Below, piece after piece: positions 11,791 to 21,536 of a DNA stretch of 36,624 nt. Under the pieces are notes generated by a model, which did not search any database, had not been told where the DNA came from, and worked only from the letters and a program-made list of their open reading frames with translations. Every line of letters starts with the position of its first letter. Positions within the stretch are counted from its first letter, which is position 1. The position numbers and the translations under genes are program-made. The DNA is from Vitrella brassicaformis CCMP3155 (Eukaryota; Protista; Chromerida). Where the stretch lies: assembly GCA_001179505.1 (NCBI GenBank), contig CDMY01000649.1, positions 1 through 36,624 of the forward strand, written 5' to 3'.

Positions 11791-11870
11791 CGGCTGACAC
11801 ACACACACACACACACACACACACATCGATGAGCCGTCATGTGTGTGTGTGTGTGTGTGTGTGTCAGCCG
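11791..11870. repeat. Inverted repeat CGGCTG(AC)14AT - 12-nt loop - AT(GT)12CAGCCG between divergent genes
   Basis: Arms 11791-11826 and 11839-11870 are reverse complements, including 6 bp of unique flank; they differ by two repeat units. Confidence 0.85.
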
Positions 11871-12015
11871 CAGATCGCGAGCTTTAGCAGGAGGAAGATC
11901 TCCACAGAAAATGCCTTGATCTTTCGCCCTCGTCGGCCTCTCACACTGTTGAGTCACATCCGGGCTCGTCAAGCGCGAGCCCCGGAGGCCCAGACCGGTC
12001 GGCCTTCATGCAGGC

Positions 12016-14793
12016 ATGAGCAGTCGGGCCGGCGCAAGAGGTACGACACGCAAGGATCTGTGCGTATATACACGCCTCTGCGTTGCTTCCGTACGTCGAT
12101 CGTTCCTCTATGTGCGTCTGTATATGCCTTCGTTGTGGTTTTAGTGACCGACTTTGAGGAGGAGAATGACAGTGATGAACAACACAGGCCCGACGGACCA
12201 GCAGGTGCGCATACACACTCAGGCAGGAAGGCAAGGCAGACGTGTCATCTTGGTTGCATGTGCCATACATGTAGATCTGGCTGCTGCTGGTGGCGGTGAT
12301 CCGGAGGACGTCTGTACTTCCTGCGAGCGCCACTACATGCACCTCAAGGACAGCGTCAAGGGCAGCGCCTTCTCCCGCCTCAACCAACACCCTCACGTGA
12401 CGGCCACCTTCACCCCCGCCCCCTCCCCCTCTCCCACGTCAAACATCGACGCCGTCAACGTCACCATAGGGCCGTTTCTCGCTGGGAGTGGGAGCGGCCC
12501 AAACAGCCACAGCTACTATGTCCATGGCGTGGCCACCCGCACCAAAGGCACCAAGAAGGCGTGGAGCTTCTCCCCGTCGCTCACTTACAAGGTCAAGAGT
12601 GTGCTCAAGCACGGTGTTGAGAAGTTCCGCTTCACTGAGGAGGCCGGCAGGCGCATCATCGGCCGCAAAATACCACACGGTGAGCGGAGAATCTGATGGA
12701 TGGCCGTTGGTGAATGGATGGATGAATGGATTCAACTCATCCAGTGGGTGGTGGGTCTGTCCGCGAGAGCAATCATGACGACAAGAACGGCGCTGGGAAC
12801 GGCGATGAAGGCAAGCACACACACAGACACACACACACACGCAGAAAGACGCAAAGCGATGGTGGACAAGTGTGCGTGTCTGTCATGTAGCCGAGGAGGA
12901 GCAGAGAGCACCAGCTGTACCTGTGCCTGCCGCACGGCAGCCCGATGGCGTCACCTTTGCCTTATCGGTGAAGAAGCGGGACAAAGGTGAGTGAGTGAGT
13001 GAGTGAGTGACGGACGAAGGAACAATCAGATGGGGTGGGGGAGACGCTCTCCTTTTGTGTGGGGTGTGGCTGGCTGCATTCAGGTGACGGCGATCTCGTG
13101 CTCGACGTCAAGGCGTCGGCCAAGGCCAGGCGCGCAACCCAACCTGGTGAGTCAGTGGAAGAGAGGAAGGATGGATGGATGGATGCAGTGGCTGACGAGC
13201 AGATGGGCAATGGAGACGCAGCGGCGTCTGAACCAGCCCAACCGCCGCAATGGCATGTCCAGGGTCCTCTGCCTGCCCCTGGCCCTCTCGTGGCTGCGCC
13301 CCGTTTGTCTCTTGGATCACAGTCGCACCATCCGCAGCCACATCCCAGCCGACTCGGGCAGGAGTGGTGGGAGCGTGCAATCGACGACTTCGAGGACAGC
13401 AGCGACGAGGGCGGCCAGGGAGAGGGGGAGGGCGGCGATGCGGCGGAGGAGCACGCTGAGGGCATACCACCACCACCACCAACACCACCACCACAGCAGC
13501 AGCAGCAGCATGAGCAGGCCGAAGATGCAGCAGAGATGGCCGACGCCCCACCACACACGGTGAGGCATCCAGGCAGGCAACGACATTGGCCGTCAATGTG
13601 GGTCTGGGTGCGTTCAGGGCCCACTGCTTCTTCCGCCTACTTCGGCAGCAGCTGTATCCCTCCATGGCCCATCCGCCCCTCCCCCTCCCCCTCCCCTCCT
13701 CGCGGCTGCCGTGCGCCCCCCTGTCCGGCCCCCCACACCCCGTGTGTCTGCTGCCGAGGACGCAGCAATGCCTGACGCCACCGACCACCAGCACCATGGC
13801 GTCGTTTTCCCACCACTGAACCGCCAGCCCCCAGATGCCGATCCCTCTCCGCAAGAGGACCAGCCGATGCATAACGGGCTGGAAGTGGACCGGCCGATGG
13901 ATGGCAGCAGGCAGGCACCACCAGCAGCACCGTCCAGCATCCCAGCCAGTGCTCCTCCTGCCGTCGCCAAGCAGGAGCCACGGGTGCCAAACAGGACTAC
14001 CAACCAGCCGTCCCGACCGCCACAACCACCGAAAGCAGCAGCGGCCGCTGAGCCGGCCAAGAGGGAGAGAACGGAAGAGGGAGTCAAAATTGAGCCTGGG
14101 CACCACACTACCGAGGGAGAGAAAGAGGGGCCTTCTCCTCCCGGCTGTGTCGAGATACCTCTTGGCGACGTCGACCACACCGGCCTGGTCAATTCCTTGA
14201 AGCGAGATGAGAAGAGGCAGCTGGCCAAGGACGTCCTGCAGATCATCCGAGAGGTACCTATCCTATCATTCATCGCAACACACACAGACACACTGACACA
14301 TCGTTGCTGTTGCGATGTACGTTTCTCTATCAGTGTGGCTTCAAGGGTTCCCACTTGTCCGACATGAGCGGCACGACGCCCGGCGACATCCATGAGAGGT
14401 GGTTTCGCGGCAAGCCCGAGAAGCTGGGGGCGTCGGGTGACCTCAGCGAGTGGCTCGGGCAGCTCTTCAACACACGCGGTGTAAGCCATCCACTCACCAA
14501 ACCAGCCACAAGTATAGTATCCTCCCATTGCTCTCTCTCTCTCTCTCTCTCTGCGCGCGCGTGTGTGTGTGTGGGTGCACAGGGGCGTGTGTGGGTGCCC
14601 GTAGCAGGGCCGTCAGCCCAGCCGCAGCCGCAGCAAGGCCATCCAAAAGCACCTTCTGGTGCGCGCACACACACAGGAGTGGACAGACAGACACAGATTC
14701 TGCTCCTTCGTGCGTGCGGTGCGTCTGTGTGTAGGCGGGGGCATGTCGCAGTCCATTGACAGAGTCGGACGCCGCCCTGACAGCATGGAGTAG
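12016..14793 (+). CDS. Paralog of the multi-AP2 gene N-terminus with a SAM-like C-terminal region (exons ~12016-12040, 12145-12204, 12275-12679, ~12745-12810, 12891-~12986, 13084-13146, 13188-13559, ~13618-14253, 14334-14480, ~14583-14655, ~14734-14793)
   Basis: Starts MSSRAGAR/VTDFEEENDSDEQHRPDGPA/DLAAAGGGDPEDVCTSCERHY...GRRIIGRKIPH, closely matching 1702-2109 with the same two flanking intron positions. It also shares WWERAIDDFEDSSDEGGQGEGEGGDAAEEHAE. The C-terminal LAKDVLQIIRECGFKGSHLSDM...KLGASGDLSEWLGQLF looks SAM-like (weak). Confidence 0.75.
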
Positions 14794-14879
14794 GCCAACT
14801 GCCCACTCCATGTATCATATCTATCGCGAGATCGGTCTTTGGGCTTCTGTCTGTCAGTTTCTGTCTCTTTGCTCATAGC

Positions 14880-16967
14880 CGACGTGAACTTGATATAGAC
14901 CCTTCGCACTCGCGCGACTGTCATAGCCAATACTACAGCGTACGCGAGCCGGCCCGCATCCATCCATCCATCCATCCAACCATCCATGTGTGTGTGTGTG
15001 TGTGTGCGCGTGTGTGTTTTGGACGGATGCGCGGCTTGCAGCATCGTCCTGACAGTCGGAGCCCGTGGCGTGACGACCGACGACCACTCCATCGACACGT
15101 ACAGTACATGTGATGTGCACACAGAGCAGGTTTCTGCCCATGTGTGTACTCATTGCTCAGGGCTATGACGACCGGCGTTCTCCTCCTCGCCGCCCGCTGT
15201 CTCCCCCGCATCCTTTTCGTGGGCTGCAGGGTCGCCAAGAGCGATCCTTCAGCGGAGGTGATCAGCAAAGGCAAACACACACGAGATGGACTGACGGACG
15301 GCCCATTCATTGCATGTGAATGTGTTTTGTGTCTGCAGAGATGCGGTACGTACGGCGTCTGACTCTTCAGGCACAATGACACATTCACATGAATGTCGTC
15401 TGTGTCAGGCCACATAGCCGACGGCGCCATCCCTGGTCGCCCTCCCCCCGTCGCTGCCGGCGGTCACGGTCACGCTCGCCCATGTGCACGGCAACGGACA
15501 CGGTACGCAGCAAACAACGTGGGCGGCCAAAAAGACCACACACGAGCCGAGCACTCAGCACCCATCTGTGTGTGACATCACTGCAGGTAGTGGTAGAGAA
15601 GTGGCCTTTCAATGAACCTCTTGCGAAACTGGAGAAACTGGCCAAAGAGGTACGTGCGCCGTATGTGTGTGGACGCTTCCGTGGAGATGTGTGTGTGTGT
15701 GTGTGTGTGTGTGCATGGTGCAGGGGCAGCCCGCCGACTGCCCCTCGCCATTGGATCTGCGCCGAGACTCGAGGGAGGGCAATTTGTGCTTCATTCAGTT
15801 TTCGACGCCAGACGACGCCATCATGTTCCTCGAGGTCAGTGAAGTCATCCAAAGGGGATGGAAGCATGGCGTCGACACCGTGTGTGTGTGTGTGTGTGTG
15901 TGTCAGGCGCACCGTGTCAACGCGCCGTGCCGCTATGGTCTGGTGCGGGAGGGGCACATCTACCCTCTGCAGTACTCCAAGCACAACTCCATCAAAGCCA
16001 AGAACAGTCTGGACGGCCCACCCTCACCTCGACGCACACCTCACCCCTGGTCGCCCTCGCCCCGTCGCCGCCATCGGTCACGATCCCGCTCGCCGCTGGC
16101 GCGAGTAGAGATTCCCATACACGCGGCAACAAACACGGTGGGTAGGCTAGGCAGCCAAAGCTAAGCCAAGACCCATTCGTCCGTTCTCCCAATTGGTTGG
16201 CTGTTCTGGCTGTCCTGTGTGACAGATAACTGTCTATCGGTGGTCCCCATATGAGAGCCTTAACGATCTGGAGAGGCTGGCCACAGAGGTATGGATGCAT
16301 GCATCCATGCAGCTTCCCCCCTGAGCTCTCACTCACACATGCGCCATGCTGTCTCGTTTGCAGGGAAGGAGCTGCCCTTCGCCCGTGGACGTGCGGCGAG
16401 AGAGGGGAGACGGCGGGGGACTCTGCTTCATCCAGTTCGAGTCATCAGCGGACGCAACCCAATTCCTCCAGGTGCGTGGGTGCGCCGAAGAAAGTGTATA
16501 CGCCTCCCTCCTGTGTTTTTGTCCATGCATCCATCAGGGGCACCGTGTTGTCGATCCGGATCATCAGTTCGGCCTGGTGCGGGGCGAGCAGATCTATCCC
16601 CTGTCGTACTCGAGACGCGACTCAAACCCTGCAAGCAGGTGCGTGGGGGAGAGAGAGACGCGAGAGAGCACGCCCACGGCTGTCCATCATTGCGCATTGT
16701 GTCGTCTGATGCACTGCAGGCGGCAGAGGTGAGTGAGTGTGAAGATAACCCAGCTAGAGGGAGGGAGGGAGTGTTTTTGTAGGCGTGGACGGTCATTCTC
16801 AGCTAGGCCTTTTATGTGGCAAGGTGTCACTTATCATTTGCCCCATGTGTGTGTATGTGTGTGGTGTGTACGTGGGCTTGTTCGGGGGAAGTCAATTTGG
16901 GCTCCTTTGTGGCGGGCAAATCTACCCCTTGCTGTTTTCGAGGCAAAACTCGTGGGGGCGCAAGTAG
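14880..16967 (+). CDS. RS/RP-rich segment with two tandem divergent RRMs (RBM5/RBM10 RRM1-like) and decayed extra copies; possibly the 3' half of the 12016 gene
   Basis: RRM1: VVVEKWPFNEPLAKLEKLAKE/GQPADCPSPLDLRRDSREGNLCFIQFSTPDDAIMFLE/AHRV...LVREGHIYPLQYSK. RRM2: ITVYRWSPYESLNDLERLATE/GRSCPSPVDVRRERGDGGGLCFIQFESSADATQFLQ/GHRV...LVRGEQIYPLSYSR. Each is preceded by HPWSPSPRRxxRSRSRSP, and both have identical phase-0 intron positions. Confidence 0.7.
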
Positions 16968-17420
16968 GCCAGCCCAAACACACTACGCGTGTGTTGGTGA
17001 TATCGAATCGGACAGAGGAGGGAGGGAGGGGAGGGGAGGGGAGGCGTGTGTCCGTCAGTCAGTAGCTTTATATATATATTATATGTGGCTTCATTACATG
17101 TACGGTGCGTATGTGTGTAGCCAGCCAATTTGCATACGTGTGTACGTTTTGGTGTGCGTGTGTGATATCTGGGGCTAACTAACTAACCGTGCCTGTCGCG
17201 TAGAATGCAATCAATGCACCAATCAATACATACAGGTGTGAATGATTGATTGAAATCATCATCACACAGAGGGACGGCCTGGCCTGCCTGTTCGGTCCAT
17301 GTATCGTCTCGTATCGCTATGTATGTCATCCATCGGGTCTTTCTTTCTCAGCCATCAATCAGACATCTGTCCCCCCACTCCCCCGCACACTCACATCGAC
17401 AGCCTAACCTTATCGATCTG

Positions 17421-18554
17421 TCACCACTCATCATCCCTCGCTAGAACGCTCCCCCTGTTGATGACGTCACTCTCGAGACCGAATCGCCGCAGCACACCAC
17501 ACCACAGGGGCATCGAAATGGGATAGCGGACAGCGAGCGGCTGAGGCCAATTGGCGACAGGTGCCTCGGTCGTGAACAGGTGGATGCCGCCCGACGTCAC
17601 CAACAGACGGGCAGCGACGATGTCGTTGGGCCGAAAGCCCTTCACAATCACAAGACGGCGGTCTTCGGCATCGTTCAGATCGCCCCGATTGTAGCGGCAG
17701 TCGACAGCGACGCCCTGATCCTCCGTGATGCCCTCAGTCAGCAGATGGTCATAACGACGGTCGCCATGGCCACCCCCTCTCACGACGACCCTCCTCTCGC
17801 CCACCCCCTGTTCACGGTACCACCAGGCGAGCAGCGTGTGCAGGAGGAATGCCGAGAATGAACGGAAGAGGTAACTGCTGCAGCGAATGACGGGGTCGGT
17901 CCGCTTGTAGCCCCCAACGTATGGATGGCCGGCCGGCAGCTCACCCAACGGCAGGACACGAAACAGACCCATGCTGGCGATCCAGTGGTGGCCGTTGTCG
18001 GTTTGCTGCAGCTCCAGGCTGGTCCCTCTGTGTGTGAGCTGACGGCCGACCATCTTGTAGATGGCCAATGCGAGAGGCAGCTGACAGAGGGCCGTTGCTG
18101 TGGGCAGTGCGTCAGCCGATATCTGCAGGGGCCGCGTCGTGTTGGGGGTCAGCCGGTAGATGAATGCCAGCCGAAGGAACCGCCCGATTGCCCGCCACTC
18201 CTCGCCAGTGCCCTCCTCCAGCAGATAAACGATCTTCAGGCCGCCCTCCACATCATCGCCAATGTCGAATGCGAAGACGTCCTGCAGACCGAGACGACTA
18301 ATGGCCTTGTCGATGTGCTGCTGGACGCTGTTGAGCAGCGTGCTGTTGATGGTCTCCGTGGTGTGGCCCAGCAGCTCCTGTTGCCGAGTGCGGTTGGTAA
18401 TCTGCGAGCGGAGAGCGGCTCTTCTGTTGGCGTCAGTCGACATGGCCATGGCGGCCATCTTGCTGACGGGCAATGACAGGTCAAAGAGGTCGGCGGGCTG
18501 GAAGAGGGGACGGCTGGGGGGAGAAGGTGAGGGCGGTGCAGACGGGGACTGCAT
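17421..18554 (-). CDS. Intronless member B of the lineage-expanded hypothetical superfamily (377-aa ORF; true start may be MAAMAMSTD near 18458)
   Basis: Uninterrupted globular-looking ORF with LKIVYLLEEGTGEEWRAIGRFLRLA, GGYKRTDPVIR, YLFRSFSAFL and IHLFTTEAP; no microsatellites inside. Confidence 0.85.
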   Translation of the reverse strand: MQSPSAPPSPSPPSRPLFQPADLFDLSLPVSKMAAMAMSTDANRRAALRSQITNRTRQQELLGHTTETINSTLLNSVQQHIDKAISRLGLQDVFAFDIGDDVEGGLKIVYLLEEGTGEEWRAIGRFLRLAFIYRLTPNTTRPLQISADALPTATALCQLPLALAIYKMVGRQLTHRGTSLELQQTDNGHHWIASMGLFRVLPLGELPAGHPYVGGYKRTDPVIRCSSYLFRSFSAFLLHTLLAWWYREQGVGERRVVVRGGGHGDRRYDHLLTEGITEDQGVAVDCRYNRGDLNDAEDRRLVIVKGFRPNDIVAARLLVTSGGIHLFTTEAPVANWPQPLAVRYPISMPLWCGVLRRFGLESDVINRGSVLARDDEW

Positions 18555-19074
18555 CGTAACTGGCGTGAGGTGTCAGCGAAGCGTGAGATGAGAGATCTGC
18601 AGCCACACAACAGAGGTGTTTGCAGCATTTCGATGCTTCGTCAACTTCTCTTGCTGCCTTCTGACCTCCGCGAAAAAGCGACAGGAAAGCGATGTTTGCG
18701 AGCTTGGGTTTCAGATCTCTTTCCTTCTTTGCCTTCTTTGCGATAGCAGGGCCGTGTGAAGTGTCTGGGAGATGATTGAAGAGCTGTTGTGATGCTCTCG
18801 ATCCGCACAGATCTGGGTGTCATCTCTCTGGCTCCCGCTGTTCTGACGCATTGAGGTGAGAGAGGGTGGGCAGGAGGGCCTGATGACATCAGCAATGACA
18901 GCCTTTGTGGTTGCCGCACCTCCGGTGTCATTTTGCGGCGAGTGAAAGAGGAGGACCAGCACTCCACCGCAGGTATCTGAGCCCATCAGGGAAGGCCAAG
19001 CAGCCCATTGAGGTAGGGAAGCGACAACACGCCGCTCGGATGTGGACAGATCGTCACACCTGCCATTCACTCAT

Positions 19075-19191
19075 ATGGTGGATGGAGGTACTTGCTCGAC
19101 CGACGAGCCGTCAGTATCGTCAGCTGCGTCTGCCGCCAATGGTGACCAACACATTCACTGCAGACAGACACAACCATGCAGACACACTGAC

Positions 19192-19224
<33 letters not shown>

Positions 19225-20334
19225 TGTACGTGTGTGTTGTGCAGGTGACGGCGGTGCATCGCCCGTCAACCACCACCACCACCAGCAGCGTGCCATCGAT
19301 GCCTCTGACGTGCCGCAAGATCTCGCACCCACTGTCGCCAAAAGCGTCAGGAGCTACTCACAGCTGGAGGCCCTCATCGACTCCCACCCCATTCAATTCA
19401 CCCCCGCCGTCATCCTGCCCATCCTCAGGAGCCTGCTGCCCATTGTGGTGGCGTCACTTGGCCTCGGTGTCTTTGTCGAGGTGCCCATCCCGCAGCTCGC
19501 CCAGGGTGTGGCCGTCGAACAGCTCAGCCGCTGGCTGTGGATGCTCGAGAGGGGCGGCAGGTGGGCCAGATGGCGGCCTGTGCTCGAGATGCTGTATCTG
19601 CTGAGGGGCAATACGCCTGTGGTGCTGAGTGACGACAGCTTCAGTGTGTTCGGCAGCCGGGCGGCCTTCATGAGTGAGAGGGAGGTTATCCGCCAGTGGA
19701 GGATACTCAGCTGGGGGGTCACTATCAATCGTGGAGGCCAGCAGAGATCCCTGATGGATCCATCAGGCAGCAACATTTACTCCTTCTCGCAACCTACTTA
19801 CTCCTCGCCGTCCTGACCGGCCCCGACGCATTCGACCCCGCCGACCCACCAACACTGCCGGACCAGCGGTGGGGTCACAAGGTGTACCGAACCTACACCT
19901 CAATGGTAGCTTTCGTCCTGGCGGAGTGGCTTTGGTACGGGGACCACAACCGCCGGTTGTCTCACCGTCGAGGATTCTGGCTGTTTCGCCTTCCGGCTTC
20001 TGCTGCATATCGGCGTGTAGATGATCTGCTGGCGGCCTCTCCCAGCGATGCGGCACAGTGGGGGGCAGGGGCGGCTGTGTTCGACAACAAGTCGTCTGGC
20101 TGGGTGCGGCATGATCGGCTGGTGGTGCTGGGCAGTGAGGCGATGGGCGAGGGGAACAACATGGCATTCATTCAGCTGCTGGCTTATGAGGGGTACGGCC
20201 GCCGTGTGCTTATCTCCACGACGGAGTCGGCCCCTCACGACGAGACGCGTGCCGTCGTGATGAGAGTGCTGGGGGAGCACCTGGGGGGAATGGTGTGGCG
20301 GGATGGGAGCGGGTGGTGGAATGGTCCGTCGTGA
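19075..20334 (+). pseudogene. Member C of the same superfamily with a 1-nt frameshift near 19813-19816 (pseudogene or sequencing error); exons 19075-19141 and 19245-20334
   Basis: Frame 1 reads ...RWLWMLERGGRWARWRPVLEML...REVIRQWRILS...PTYSSPS then TGA at 19814-19816. The overlapping shifted frame continues TGPDAFDPADPP...YRTYTSMVAFVL...VLISTTESAP...WWNGPS*. No plausible intron spans the junction. Confidence 0.7.
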
Positions 20335-21536
20335 AGATAGATAAGAGACACACAGATAGATAATGGCGTTTTTGCGGATCACTCGTCCGTCAGTGTACAG
20401 ATTGTCGATATATCGTCGCTTTGGAGCATGAGGGGCGAGAGATAGACCTTAAAGCAAAGCAGCTGGTTTTCTTTCGCCCTCTGTCCGTCTGCATGAGGTG
20501 CGGTGCGGTGCGTCTGTGTGTGTTACGTCGACTGTGTGCGGTGGCTGGATAGCTATGGTATGTATGTCTGAGTGTGCTCTGTGGTATAGTAGCAGACAAA
20601 GCAATGATTGGGGTATGACGGATGTGATCCATCTGATCCGTTCCAATCAGGGCAACTTGGCGAAAACTGTCTGTCCGTCTGCTTGTCTGTCTGTCTGTCT
20701 GTCTGTCTGTTGTCTGCCTTCCCATAAAGACACGCAGCAAAAACACCTTAGGGACGGTCATATCACCACTCATCTCATCACCCACTCACTCATCAGCGTG
20801 TTCACAGGCATGTGTATCTTGTGTCGTGCATAGCATATGGCCATATGTTAGTTAACGTTCCTATCATCCAGCCAGCCATCCATCCATCCATCGAAGGAAT
20901 GCGATGCGGGTCACGTCAAGCCGGCCGGCCGGGCAAGAGAGAACGAGCAATTAACATACAAAAACATGAAAACCGTTGGTTGGCAGGCAGAGAGGCAGAG
21001 AGGGAGGGAGGGAGGGAGGGATCTTCGTATGTATTTCTGTATGTGTGTGTATGTGTGCCTTCAAATTCGCCCATCCACCCAAGGACGGAAGGCAAGGCAC
21101 CCGCATTAATGTGAGAAATATTCATGGATAAAGCCAGCAGGCAGCAAAACCAACAGGGTGCGGTGCGGTGCCCCACCCCGCAATGCATTCATTAAGGGGA
21201 AGCAAGACGCACCGGCCGTCAGGCGGACCCACACAGGAAGAAAGGTGAGTCGGTGGGTGGGTGGCTGATGGGTGGATTAAAATACGCATAAAGACATCCA
21301 TCCAGGCAGACAGACAGACAGACATCCAGACGAACCCTCACTCACACACGGACACAAGACGTCCCTCCATGCTCTCCTCCCATCCCACCCCACCCCATCC
21401 TCGTCTCGTTCACTCAAGAGTCGGCGAGCTGTACCTATGAGCACACAGGCAGAGGGGCGTGGCGATGAAGGAAGGCCATCCCATCTGGTGGGGTGGGTAT
21501 TGATGTTTCTATATGTGCACGTAAGGTGTGACTTAC

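Noticed and set aside
19790-19830. Programmed ribosomal frameshift
   Set aside because: No X XXY YYZ slippery site or obvious downstream pseudoknot; an indel is simpler.
20335-21530. Short ORFs between gene C and the WW-RRM gene (similarly 6622-7400)
   Set aside because: Microsatellite-rich, with no coherent exon chain or recognisable motif; treated as intergenic/UTR.
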